DNA from: Deltaproteobacteria bacterium
GTDB taxonomy: Bacteria; Desulfobacterota; JADFXK01
Length of the DNA: 45,331 nt
Direction of reading: 5' to 3'
Assembly (NCBI GenBank): GCA_015233625.1
Contig: JADFXK010000003.1
Span: 1-45,331 of the forward strand
Shown here: piece by piece, positions 1 through 9,070 of the stretch
Position numbering within the stretch: position 1 is the stretch's first letter
Layout of the letters: the number at the start of each line of letters is the position of its first letter
The notes under the pieces: model-generated
Database searches by the model: none
What the model was told of the DNA's origin: nothing
The model's input: the letters and a program-made list of their open reading frames with translations, nothing else
Position numbers and translations under genes: made by a program

Positions 1-1
1 T

Positions 2-2209
2 GGGGTGACCAAAGACACCGTGCTAAAGGCCCTGGTGGATATCCGGGGAACGCAAAGGGTCACAGATCCCAATCCGGAAGACAAATACCAGGCTTTGGAA
101 CGGTTCAGCCGGGATTTGACCGCCTTAGCCGAGCAGGGAAAGCTCGACCCGGTGATTGGCCGGGACGATGAAATCAGACGGATAATTCAGGTCCTGTCTC
201 GCCGGACCAAGAATAACCCGGTGCTTATTGGGGAGCCGGGGGTAGGGAAGACGGCCATTGTTGAGGGTCTGGCTCAGCGGATCGTCAACGGCGACGTGCC
301 TGAAGGCTTGAAAAACAAACGAGTCGTGGCCCTGGATATCGGCGCTCTGGTGGCTGGAGCCAAATATCGGGGTGAATTTGAAGATCGGTTGAAGGCGGTG
401 TTGAATGAGGTGATCAAATCCGCCGGCCAGATTATTCTGTTTATTGATGAGATGCACACCTTAGTCGGCGCGGGGAAGGCCGAAGGGGCGGTAGACGCCT
501 CCAATATGCTCAAGCCGGCCCTGGCTCGAGGGGAACTCCGGTGTGTTGGCGCCACCACCCTGGATGAATACCGCAAGTACGTAGAAAAGGATGCGGCCCT
601 GGAACGCCGTTTCCAACCTGTATATACCAGCGAACCTACAGTTGAGGATACTATCGCCATCCTCCGGGGGCTGAAGGAGAAGTACGAAGTCCATCATCAT
701 ATCCGGATTAAAGACTCGGCGATTGTGGCCGCGGCCACGCTATCCCACCGGTATATCACAGACAGGTTTTTGCCAGACAAGGCCATTGACTTGATTGATG
801 AGTCCGCCTCCAAAATCAGGATTGAAATAGATAGCATGCCTCAGGAAATAGACGAGGTGGAACGCAAAATCATCCAGATGCAAATCGAAGTGGAGGCCCT
901 TAAAAAGGAGCAAGACAAGGCCTCGGTGGAGCGTCGGGATCGGATTGAACATGACCTGGCCGAACTAAAGGACCAATCCCATCTGCTCAAAGCCAGGTGG
1001 TCCGCAGAAAAGGAATCCATCGCCCACATCGCCACCATTAAAGAACAGATTGAACAGGCCAAAATTGCGGCTCAAAATGCTGAAAGAACAGGAGATTTAG
1101 CCAAGGCGGCGGAGCTTAAATACGGTCGGCTTATGGCTTTAGAGAAAGAATTACGTGAGCAGACGGACAAAATCAGCAGTGACCAGCCGCAGGAGCGGAT
1201 GCTCAAGGAAGAAGTGGATGCCGAAGACGTGGCCGAAATTGTGGCCAAGTGGACCGGTATCCCGGTATCGAGGATGATGGAAGGGGAGCGGGAAAAGTTG
1301 CTCCGGATGGAAGACCGTCTTCACGACCGGGTGATTGGCCAGGATGAGGCGGTGATCGCCGTGTCCAATGCCGTCCGCCGGGCCCGCTCCGGCCTGCAGG
1401 ATGAAGCCAGACCGATTGGCTCCTTTATCTTCTTGGGTCCGACAGGAGTGGGCAAAACCGAACTGGCCCGAGCCCTGGCTGAATTTATGTTTGATGATGA
1501 ACAAGCCATGATTCGGATCGACATGTCGGAATACATGGAGAAACATACCGTGGCCAGGCTGATTGGGGCTCCTCCGGGCTACGTGGGTTATGAAGAAGGG
1601 GGTTATCTGACCGAATCGGTGCGCCGTCGTCCTTATTCGGTGGTCTTGTTTGACGAGATCGAAAAGGCCCACCCCGAGGTATTCAATGTGCTGCTCCAGA
1701 TCTTAGACGATGGCCGGTTGACCGACGGCCACGGCCGGACAGTGGATTTCAAGAATACCATTATCGCCATGACTTCCAACATTGGAAGCCAGTATATCCA
1801 GGAACTCACCCGGCCGGAAGACCATGTCCGCGTCGAAACCCTGGTCATGGAGGGTTTAAGGCACCAGTTTAAGCCGGAATTTCTCAATCGAATAGATGAC
1901 ATCATCATTTTCCAGGCCCTGACGGTGGAGGACATTAAGAAGATCGTCACCATTCAGATGTCCAGGTTGACTAAGCGTTTGGCCGAGCGGAAGATTACCT
2001 TGATCTTGTCCGATGAGGCCAGGGAGTTCTTGGCTCGGGAAGGCTTTGACCCGGTTTATGGAGCCCGGCCCCTGAAACGGGCCATCCAAAAACACATTCA
2101 AGATAAACTGGCCGTGGATATCCTTCAAGGGACCATCAAAGACGGGGATAGTGTCCTGGTCCGGCCGACGGTCGACGGGCCTGGGCTGACTATGGTCAGG
2201 CAGGAGTAA
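2..2209 (+). CDS. clpB: ClpB AAA+ disaggregase, 5'-truncated by the window edge
   Basis: Two AAA+ modules with Walker A GEPGVGKT and GPTGVGKT. A long coiled-coil middle domain lies between them. The N-domain is absent because the ORF runs off the 5' edge. TAA stop at 2207-2209. Confidence 0.95.
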   Translation, partial: GVTKDTVLKALVDIRGTQRVTDPNPEDKYQALERFSRDLTALAEQGKLDPVIGRDDEIRRIIQVLSRRTKNNPVLIGEPGVGKTAIVEGLAQRIVNGDVPEGLKNKRVVALDIGALVAGAKYRGEFEDRLKAVLNEVIKSAGQIILFIDEMHTLVGAGKAEGAVDASNMLKPALARGELRCVGATTLDEYRKYVEKDAALERRFQPVYTSEPTVEDTIAILRGLKEKYEVHHHIRIKDSAIVAAATLSHRYITDRFLPDKAIDLIDESASKIRIEIDSMPQEIDEVERKIIQMQIEVEALKKEQDKASVERRDRIEHDLAELKDQSHLLKARWSAEKESIAHIATIKEQIEQAKIAAQNAERTGDLAKAAELKYGRLMALEKELREQTDKISSDQPQERMLKEEVDAEDVAEIVAKWTGIPVSRMMEGEREKLLRMEDRLHDRVIGQDEAVIAVSNAVRRARSGLQDEARPIGSFIFLGPTGVGKTELARALAEFMFDDEQAMIRIDMSEYMEKHTVARLIGAPPGYVGYEEGGYLTESVRRRPYSVVLFDEIEKAHPEVFNVLLQILDDGRLTDGHGRTVDFKNTIIAMTSNIGSQYIQELTRPEDHVRVETLVMEGLRHQFKPEFLNRIDDIIIFQALTVEDIKKIVTIQMSRLTKRLAERKITLILSDEAREFLAREGFDPVYGARPLKRAIQKHIQDKLAVDILQGTIKDGDSVLVRPTVDGPGLTMVRQE

Positions 2210-2272
2210 CAGATTGCGATAACAACATTCTATTCGTGACTAGCCGACATCCCATGATTTGGTTCAAACTCC

Positions 2273-2318
2273 GACCCCACCAGGGGACTCTACTCGACCT
2301 CAGGTGGGGTCTGGTTTT
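2273..2318. terminator. Hairpin between convergent clpB and the Rpn-like gene, possibly a bidirectional terminator
   Basis: GACCCCACC (2273-2281) pairs with GGTGGGGTC (2303-2311) and is followed by TGGTTTTGT. It sits between two convergent stop codons. Confidence 0.5.
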
Positions 2319-2328
2319 GTAGCCAGGC

Positions 2329-3246
2329 TCAATTCTTTATCTCCCCGCCCATCTTTCGAATAAATTCATCGAGCGAGCCGGCCGTCACCGCGGTTTTGAA
2401 CAGATTAACCAAGATATCCAGATCGCCTATTTCCTCAACCGCAAGTATAATCGAGGACGGCACAGGGCTGAAACGCAGATTAAGGGTCTCAATCAACATC
2501 AGGCGCGATCTCAGCAGCTCTCCCTCCAGCTTTCCCTCCAGCTTTCCCTCGAGCTTTCCCTCTAGTTTTCCCTCAAGCAGGCCTGCCTGTCTGCCCTCGT
2601 TGTATTCAATTTCCCTGATAACCTCGTAGGCTGCAGATTCAAGCATGATATCCCTCCTTCTGTAAATAATCTCTCTGGTCATGTCCTTAGACACCAGGCC
2701 GGCCAGAATGGCCATAATAGTCAGTAAATCAGCTTTGTCTTTTCTTGACAAGGAACTCTGGCCGATTGATTTATCCGCCTGATCCAGGAATTCTTCTCCG
2801 TGGCGCATCAGCGGTAGCAACGGCATCAGACAAAGTATTCCTTCGTGGAAAATCTCCCTGGCATCGAATTCGTAGACAGGAATCAGTCGAAATCGGAACA
2901 GGACGTCCTTATCTTCATATTGATCCGTGACGGTGGCGGACGGCCGAAAAAGCAAGACACACGCCGTAGTCTCCTGATGATATTTTAGCATATATCGACA
3001 TCGATATTCAAGTAGTCTGAGCGGAACATCATTGTCCCAACGGCTCTGGACCTCCAGGATGATTATCTCCTGTTTCCCAGTCTCATCCGTGACTCTGATA
3101 GCGGCATCGGTGTGCCTGGCGCTGACTGTCTCCGTGGCCACTTCCTCCAAAAGATCACTTTCAGCGACAGGGATCCCCACCAACCGCCGGAGAATTGCTT
3201 CCCGGCATTTTTCTATTAGTATCTTTGAACTCTTGTCATAGTACAT
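2329..3246 (-). CDS. Rpn/YhgA-like PD-(D/E)XK nuclease (putative transposase-like) with a DUF4351-like C-terminus
   Basis: Core ...DAAIRV...IIILEVQSRWDNDVPLRLLEYRCRYMLKY... matches the D...E.Q nuclease core of the Rpn family as I remember it. The C-terminal tail after an EG-rich repeat resembles DUF4351. The ATG at 3246 is preceded by GGAG; the longer ORF reaches 3285. Confidence 0.65.
   Translation of the reverse strand: MYYDKSSKILIEKCREAILRRLVGIPVAESDLLEEVATETVSARHTDAAIRVTDETGKQEIIILEVQSRWDNDVPLRLLEYRCRYMLKYHQETTACVLLFRPSATVTDQYEDKDVLFRFRLIPVYEFDAREIFHEGILCLMPLLPLMRHGEEFLDQADKSIGQSSLSRKDKADLLTIMAILAGLVSKDMTREIIYRRRDIMLESAAYEVIREIEYNEGRQAGLLEGKLEGKLEGKLEGKLEGELLRSRLMLIETLNLRFSPVPSSIILAVEEIGDLDILVNLFKTAVTAGSLDEFIRKMGGEIKN
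2521..2580. repeat. Tandem repeat of 5 x 12 bp inside the Rpn-like CDS, encoding (EGKL)n
   Basis: Units are tccctccagctt, tccctccagctt, tccctcgagctt, tccctctagttt and tccctcaagcag. On the coding strand they read LEGKLEGKLEGKLEGKLEGE. Confidence 0.9.
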
Positions 3247-3539
3247 AAGTTTCTCCAGGCATCTGGACGGAAGGCAACTATCCAATGGTACGGGATGAAG
3301 TCCATTTCATAAGATTTAGAAGATCATATGGGCTGTCAGAGTGTCAAGCAAATAGACCCTGCGGGGTCGGCCGGCTTTGAAATATCTTGCCAAATCGGCT
3401 GGATTAGGATAAACTACCTAATACTTAGGATAGCTTTTCCGGATGTTGAGGCCCTTTCCCGGCCCTCGGCGCCGTTCCGGGAGAGTTTCGCCAAGACCGG
3501 GAAGGTAAATTTACTGACAACCTTAATTTCGGGACGGCT

Positions 3540-4355
3540 ATGTCAAAATCTATTCGCTTTTTGTTTGTCTGCCTTATTCTAACTCTGCTGTTGTCCGCCT
3601 GCGCGGAAAAACAGGCCCGTCACGAGGCCCAAACAGCTTCCATCAGTACGCGTCACGGTGCCGTCTGGCAAACAGCTTCCATCAGTACTTTGATGGCTGG
3701 AGCTTATGATGGAGAAGTAACTATCCGGGACCTGAAAGAGCACGGTGACCTGGGTTTGGGTATCTTTAACGCCGCGGATGGGGAAATGATCCTGCTCGAC
3801 GGCCAGGTTTATCAGATAAAATCGGACGGGGTGGTCTATCCGGCCGGGGATGACCTCAAAACTCCCTTTGCCGTGACTACTTTTTTTTCCCCCTGCCCAC
3901 CACGCGAACTGAATCAGGAGATGAATATCAAACAATTAGAGCAGTATCTGGACGAGCTGCTGCCCACGAAAAATCTTATCTACGCCTTCAAAATTGAAGG
4001 TACCTTTAAGTATCTCAAGACTAGAAGTATTCCCCGGCAAAGCCGGCCCTACCCCAAATTGACCGAAGTGGTGAAGCACCAATCTGTTTTTGAGTTCCAT
4101 GATGTGACCGGAACCATCGTCGCCTTCCGTTTCCCGGATTACATGGACGGCGTCAACGTACCCAAGTACCATTTTCATTTTCTGACGGCTGATAAGAAGG
4201 CCGGCGGGCACGTGCTCGATGGCCTGACCAGGCAGGCGACGGTCCGGCTCCATAAGGCCAATGACTTTTTCATGAGCTTGCCTGACGGAGGTGACTTTTA
4301 CCGGGTAGATCCAAACCAAATCAAAAAAAATGACCTGAACCAAGTGGAAAGATAG
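3540..4355 (+). CDS. alsD: Alpha-acetolactate decarboxylase family protein with a lipoprotein signal peptide
   Basis: The core (TLMAGAYDGEVTI, GLGIFNAADGEMILLDGQVYQ, HFHFLTADKKAGGHVLD) is typical of the AlsD/BudA family. The N-terminus MSKSIRFLFVCLILTLLLSAC carries a lipobox. TAG stop. Confidence 0.8.
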   Translation: MSKSIRFLFVCLILTLLLSACAEKQARHEAQTASISTRHGAVWQTASISTLMAGAYDGEVTIRDLKEHGDLGLGIFNAADGEMILLDGQVYQIKSDGVVYPAGDDLKTPFAVTTFFSPCPPRELNQEMNIKQLEQYLDELLPTKNLIYAFKIEGTFKYLKTRSIPRQSRPYPKLTEVVKHQSVFEFHDVTGTIVAFRFPDYMDGVNVPKYHFHFLTADKKAGGHVLDGLTRQATVRLHKANDFFMSLPDGGDFYRVDPNQIKKNDLNQVER

Positions 4356-4423
4356 CCTAGTTCATTGGAATCTCCAGGGCGGTTAACCCGATGTTTTCGC
4401 AGACCGAAAAGGAGAAATGTCTG

Positions 4424-5671
4424 ATGCAAAAATTTAATCCCTATGAATTCGCACTGGCTCAATTTGACAAAGTGGCCGCCACCCTTGACATGGATCCCGG
4501 TATTCTAAAGAAAATTCGGGTGGTCAATCGTGAGTTGGTTGTGAATTTTCCCGTCTTTATGGATGACGGGACGGTAGAGATGTTTACCGGCTTCCGGGTC
4601 CAGCACGACATAAGCCGCGGGCCGGCTAAGGGTGGTATTCGGTATCACCCCACTGTTGATTTGGATACTATCCGGGCCTTGGCCATGTTTATGACCTGGA
4701 AAACGGCGGTGGTCCAGATCCCCTTCGGCGGCGCCAAGGGTGGTGTCCAGTGCAACCCCAAGCAGATGTCTGTAGGCGAAATAGAGAGAATGACCAGACG
4801 ATTCATCAGCGAAATATCATTCATTATCGGGCCGGAATCAGACATCCCGGCCCCGGACGTCTACACCAATGCCCAGGTCATGGCCTGGATCATGGATACC
4901 TACAGCATGATGAAGGGATACTCCGTGCCTGGGGTGGTCACCGGCAAACCCATTTCCATCGGCGGCACCCTCGGCCGGCGAGAAGCCACCGGAAATGGCT
5001 GCTTCTACTGCACCGCGTTTGCGGCCGATCGGCTAGGCCTGGACCTGTCCAAAGCGACCGTGGTTATCCAGGGATTCGGCAATGTGGGTTCGGTGTCCGC
5101 CATGAGGCTGAGCGAAGCCGGGGCCAAGGTCATCGCCGCGAGTGACTCCCAGGGAGGCATAGTCAACCTAAATGGCCTCAATGTGACGGCCTTGATTAAA
5201 CATAAAGAGAAAACCGGGACCGTGGTCGGCTTCCCGGATGGTGATCCGGTGGGCTCTGAGGACGTCTTAACCGTTCCCTGTGATGTCCTGATTCCGGCGG
5301 CTATGGAAAACGTCATCACCATGGACAACGTTGACCGGATCTCCACCAAAATTATCATCGAAGGGGCCAATGGGCCGACCATCCCCGACGCGGATGAGGC
5401 GCTGTATCAGAGAGATGTCCTGGTCGTCCCGGATATCTTGGCTAATGCCGGCGGTGTTGTGGTCTCCTATTTCGAGTGGGTCCAGAACATTCAAAAACTC
5501 ACCTGGAGGGAAAGCGAGATCAACAACCGGATGAAGGAGATTATTGATGCCTCCTTTACCTCGGTTGTTGACGTTCACCGGCAGAAGAAAGTGTCCTTGC
5601 GGGATGCCGCCATGACCTTGGCCATCGGCCGTGTCGCCCAGGCCACCGCAGATCGTGGTATCTATCCCTGA
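4424..5671 (+). CDS. gdhA: Glutamate dehydrogenase (Glu/Leu/Phe/Val dehydrogenase family)
   Basis: KGGIRYHP and FGGAKGG catalytic-region motifs and a GFGNVG dinucleotide fold. GGAG lies 9 nt upstream of the ATG at 4424; the ORF is open from 4391. Confidence 0.9.
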   Translation: MQKFNPYEFALAQFDKVAATLDMDPGILKKIRVVNRELVVNFPVFMDDGTVEMFTGFRVQHDISRGPAKGGIRYHPTVDLDTIRALAMFMTWKTAVVQIPFGGAKGGVQCNPKQMSVGEIERMTRRFISEISFIIGPESDIPAPDVYTNAQVMAWIMDTYSMMKGYSVPGVVTGKPISIGGTLGRREATGNGCFYCTAFAADRLGLDLSKATVVIQGFGNVGSVSAMRLSEAGAKVIAASDSQGGIVNLNGLNVTALIKHKEKTGTVVGFPDGDPVGSEDVLTVPCDVLIPAAMENVITMDNVDRISTKIIIEGANGPTIPDADEALYQRDVLVVPDILANAGGVVVSYFEWVQNIQKLTWRESEINNRMKEIIDASFTSVVDVHRQKKVSLRDAAMTLAIGRVAQATADRGIYP

Positions 5672-6048
5672 TTCATCTCCATACCGACTCCGATCCGGAG
5701 ACCAAAATCAGGTTCACCGGCTTGCCTAATTGAGCCCCCAAGCACGCCGTGACGCCTGGAGGATCAGGAAGATGAGAATAACTTCCAGCCTCCGGCTTCC
5801 GGCGGCATCGTTTTTCAGCCGATGTGACGGGTGACCTCAGCAGTCACCTGAGAATATTCTCGCCGACCGGACTTGACTGGCCAGGGGATCATACTTAACT
5901 TAAACGAAAATTATCTGAGCCATGAAGACCGGCCGCTGGTCACCCCTACCACCTCTCCCGGCCTTAGACCCAGGCCTATACTGTGAACGGTCATAATTAC
6001 CTCTGATAAAGGTGGCATAGTCGATTGTTTCCGGTTGAAGACAACCGG

Positions 6049-6090
6049 CAACGAGTAACGAGCGACCAGTGACAAGCAACCAGTAACAGG
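6049..6090 (+). repeat. Imperfect heptanucleotide tandem array of 6 units (family A)
   Basis: Units are CAACGAG TAACGAG CGACCAG TGACAAG CAACCAG TAACAGG. A CCGGTTG/CAACCGG hairpin at 6031-6048 precedes the array. Confidence 0.8.
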
Positions 6091-6179
6091 TACTCCCGGA
6101 ACCGTCAATTTTAGCCGTGTCAAATAGAGACAGATGACTGACCACCCAACCCCGCATTCCTGACAGCCGATCATGACCT

Positions 6180-7187
6180 ATGGCCCATACTCCCGTAAAC
6201 AAATTTAAAGATGGTGATGATGTCCAGCAGTACTTTTTGCTGAGGGACATGTCCCGGCGGACCGCCCGTTCCGGGAAACCTTATCTCGATCTGATCCTGG
6301 CCGACCGGACGGGGACCATCAAAGGAAAAGTCTGGTCAGAGGCGCTGGATAAGCTCGATGACCAGGTCGGGCCGGGCGTCTTTGTCGGGGTTCGAGGGAG
6401 AGTCGAAACTTTTAATCAGGAAATGACCATCACCGTGACCACCCTGGTCAGTACCGCGGCCATTGAGGCCCGGCGGGGAGCGGTCAAGGATTTTGATCCT
6501 GATCTCCTGATCCCCCGGACTCCCGGTGATGTAAGTGTGATGTGGCAGGACCTGCTCGATGTGGTTGAAAACGAGCTTCAAGATCAGCATGTCCGGAACC
6601 TGGTCCGGGAGGTCTTGACCCGTTATGGGGAAGAGTTTAAAACTTCACCGGCCGCCCGAATGTACCATCACGGCTACCTGGGCGGGTTGTTGGAGCATAC
6701 TCATAAGATTACGCAACTGGCCTTGGCTGTAAAAGATCTGTATCCCCAGTTGGATGGAGACGTATTACTGGCCGGGGCCATTTTGCACGATGTGGGCAAG
6801 ATTAAAGAAATGTCCGGGTTCCTCAACCCTGCCACGACTACGGCCGGGCATTTCCTGGGCCACATCATCCTGGGGCGGGACATGGTCCGGGAAGTCGTAG
6901 CCGCACTGGGGCTGGCCGACTCGGACAATGAAAAGATAATCCAGATTGAGCACATTATTCTGTCTCACCATGGGCAAATGGAGTTTGGTTCTCCCGTGTT
7001 GCCCCTGACTCGTGAGGCGCTGGTTGTTCATGCCTTGGACGATCTAGATGCCAAGATGAAGATGATCAACGATCAAATCGATTCAGACAGGACCGAAGCC
7101 CCCTTTACCTCGTGGCACAAGGTCCTGAAGCGCTCGATTTTTAAAGGAATATGCCGCCCGGAGGCTGATGATTTGACCAACGATTGA
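6180..7187 (+). CDS. YhaM-like 3'-5' exoribonuclease (OB-fold plus HD domain)
   Basis: N-terminal OB-like segment (YFLLRDMSRRTARSGKPYLDLILADRTG). HD domain motifs LLEHTHKI, AILHDVGK and ILSHHG. Confidence 0.7.
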   Translation: MAHTPVNKFKDGDDVQQYFLLRDMSRRTARSGKPYLDLILADRTGTIKGKVWSEALDKLDDQVGPGVFVGVRGRVETFNQEMTITVTTLVSTAAIEARRGAVKDFDPDLLIPRTPGDVSVMWQDLLDVVENELQDQHVRNLVREVLTRYGEEFKTSPAARMYHHGYLGGLLEHTHKITQLALAVKDLYPQLDGDVLLAGAILHDVGKIKEMSGFLNPATTTAGHFLGHIILGRDMVREVVAALGLADSDNEKIIQIEHIILSHHGQMEFGSPVLPLTREALVVHALDDLDAKMKMINDQIDSDRTEAPFTSWHKVLKRSIFKGICRPEADDLTND

Positions 7188-7275
7188 AAGAACCCTGAGG
7201 CGGCTTGGGCCGACCGGGAGAGTCTGTTTACGGGTTACAAACTGCTCAGAAAAATCTATAGCTAAGGAGAAGTGC

Positions 7276-7578
7276 ATGCGAAACAAAAGATTTAGTTTTC
7301 CTGGTTCCGTTGGTTTTAGTTTCCCGGTATTCTTGATGGTCTTTTTGGGACTGGTTGTCTCAGCCGTTTTTTGGTCTTTGCCCATGGGACCGGCAAATGC
7401 CGAGGCTGCGTCCGCTTTACCCGGTTCTTTTTCTGAGTTGGTCAAGAAATGTAAGCCGGCCGTAGTCAACATCAGCACCAGCCACACCGTCAAACGGGCC
7501 GAACGGATGCAGGGGCTCCCCGGCGGGAATCAAGGAAAACAATTCAGGGACTTCTTCGGGGAGGAATTCTTTGATTAG
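7276..7578 (+). CDS. htrA: N-terminal fragment of an HtrA/DegP/DegQ-family serine protease (signal peptide and first strands), ending at an in-frame TAG
   Basis: Signal-like N-terminus, then SFSELVKKCKPAVVNIST and FFGEEFFD. The TAG at 7576-7578 is in the same frame as the ORF at 7591-8745. Confidence 0.6.
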   Translation: MRNKRFSFPGSVGFSFPVFLMVFLGLVVSAVFWSLPMGPANAEAASALPGSFSELVKKCKPAVVNISTSHTVKRAERMQGLPGGNQGKQFRDFFGEEFFD

Positions 7579-7590
7579 TTTTTCGGAAAA

Positions 7591-8745
7591 ATGCCCAAGA
7601 GCTGGAAAGAACGCAGCCTGGGTTCGGGTTTCATCATCAGCCCTGATGGATACATCGTCACTAATCACCACGTGATAAAGGACGCTGACGTAATCAAGAT
7701 TCGGCTATCCGATCAAAAGATCTATGACGCCAAGATCGTCGGCAAAGACCCCAAGACAGACCTGGCCCTGATCAAAATCAATCCGACCGAAAAATTGCAC
7801 GTCCTGGAGTTTGGTGATTCCGGCATACTTGAGGAAGGCGATTGGGTCCTGGCCATTGGCAACCCCTTCGGACTGGCTCAGACCGTCACGGCCGGTATTG
7901 TCAGCGCCAAAGAACGATCTATCGGCATTGGACCCTATGACCAGTTCATCCAGACGGATGCCTCAATTAATCCCGGAAACAGCGGCGGGCCGCTGATCAA
8001 CCTGGCCGGTGAGGTGGTCGGAATTAACACGGCCATCGTGGCCGGTGGCCAGGGTATCGGTTTTGCCACCCCGTCCTCATTGGCCAAGAATATCATTGCC
8101 CAATTGAGGGAAAAAGGCAAGGTCGTGCGCGGCTGGTTGGGTGTGTACGTCCAGGCGGTCACTCCCGAGTTGGCCGAGAAGTTCAAACTTAAGGACGCCA
8201 AGGGCGCCTTGGTGGCCAGCGTCGGCAAAGATAGTCCGGCGGACAAGGCCGGGTTTAAACAAGGGGACGTGATTACCAGCTTTGACGGAAAAGCCGTTGA
8301 TGAAATGAATCAATTACCCATCGCCGTGGCCTCGACTCCGATAGGTAAGAAGGCCAAAGTGGAGATCATCAGAGATAGCAAACCGGCCACCCTGGAAGTG
8401 GTCGTAGGTGAGCTTAAAGATGACGCCGGTGAAGAATCCGCCGAACCATCCGCCGACACGGATTACGGCCTGACCCTCCAGGACCTGACCGAAGATTTAG
8501 CCAAATCCATGCACCTCAAAGATACCAAAGGGGTGCTGGTGGCCGATGTGGAACAGGACGGCCCCGCCTTCGAAGCCGGGTTTAAACGGGGTGACGTGAT
8601 TAAGGAAGTCAATCGGACCCAGATCAACAATATCGAAGAATTTCGTAGCGCCTTGAAAAAAAGCAAAGACAATGTGGCGCTGGTCTTGGTCAAAAGAGGT
8701 TCCGGGACAATTTTCTTAACCATGAAAATGGAGTCCGGCAAGTAA
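7591..8745 (+). CDS. htrA: HtrA/DegP/DegQ-family serine protease: remainder of the protease domain plus two PDZ domains
   Basis: SLGSGFIISPDGYIVTNHHV (catalytic His), DLALIK (Asp) and GNSGGPL (Ser). Two PDZ-like segments follow (GALVASVGKDSPADKAGFKQGDVI and GVLVADVEQDGPAFEAGFKRGDVI). It continues 7276-7578 in frame. Confidence 0.85.
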   Translation: MPKSWKERSLGSGFIISPDGYIVTNHHVIKDADVIKIRLSDQKIYDAKIVGKDPKTDLALIKINPTEKLHVLEFGDSGILEEGDWVLAIGNPFGLAQTVTAGIVSAKERSIGIGPYDQFIQTDASINPGNSGGPLINLAGEVVGINTAIVAGGQGIGFATPSSLAKNIIAQLREKGKVVRGWLGVYVQAVTPELAEKFKLKDAKGALVASVGKDSPADKAGFKQGDVITSFDGKAVDEMNQLPIAVASTPIGKKAKVEIIRDSKPATLEVVVGELKDDAGEESAEPSADTDYGLTLQDLTEDLAKSMHLKDTKGVLVADVEQDGPAFEAGFKRGDVIKEVNRTQINNIEEFRSALKKSKDNVALVLVKRGSGTIFLTMKMESGK

Positions 8746-8869
8746 TGGCCGAAATAGCGTAAATTGTATTTGCCCGGCCAGGGAGGCGGCGCTGGTAGTT
8801 CAACAAGTGACTGCTTCTCTTGGTCGGGCATATATTTTGCTATAAGAACCTTCAGCTATTTTGATCAGA

Positions 8870-8899
8870 CGGCTCTCAACAAAAGGAGCCGCTTTTTTT
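8870..8899 (+). terminator. Rho-independent terminator after the htrA-type gene
   Basis: CGGCTC (8870-8875) pairs with GAGCCG (8886-8891) across a 10-nt loop, followed by a T7 run at 8893-8899. Confidence 0.65.
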
Positions 8900-9070
8900 G
8901 TTTACTTGGTCGAGCTAAATAAGGTAACATATTAATTTATTGTCTTGAACGGAATGGCTGCCGGCGGTGGGAGGTGCGCTTCGCCCGGTAAGATTTCGGA
9001 CATTCGGATCAGGCACAATGTCGGGCAGAGCCGTGCGAGCGTCTAACAACGCGTTAAAGGAAATCAAAGT

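Noticed and set aside
125-2128. Multiple 70-170-aa minus-strand ORFs inside clpB; similar nested ORFs occur inside gdh, htrA, the 1018-aa membrane gene, larA, dnaA, fumC and the histidine kinase.
   Set aside because: All are antisense or out-of-frame shadows of strongly supported genes in GC-rich DNA.
2251-2285. TTTGGTTCAAACTCCGACCCCACCA looks like a tRNA/tmRNA 3' end (T-loop plus CCA), possibly an integration-site remnant next to the Rpn-like gene.
   Set aside because: The T-stem does not pair and the loop has an extra base. No matching 5' acceptor or rest of a cloverleaf lies upstream. The GACCCCACC segment is better explained as one arm of the intergenic terminator hairpin.
2521-2580. The short tandem repeats here and the heptamer arrays as possible CRISPR arrays.
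   Set aside because: The units are only 7-12 bp, are contiguous without spacers, and no cas genes are present.
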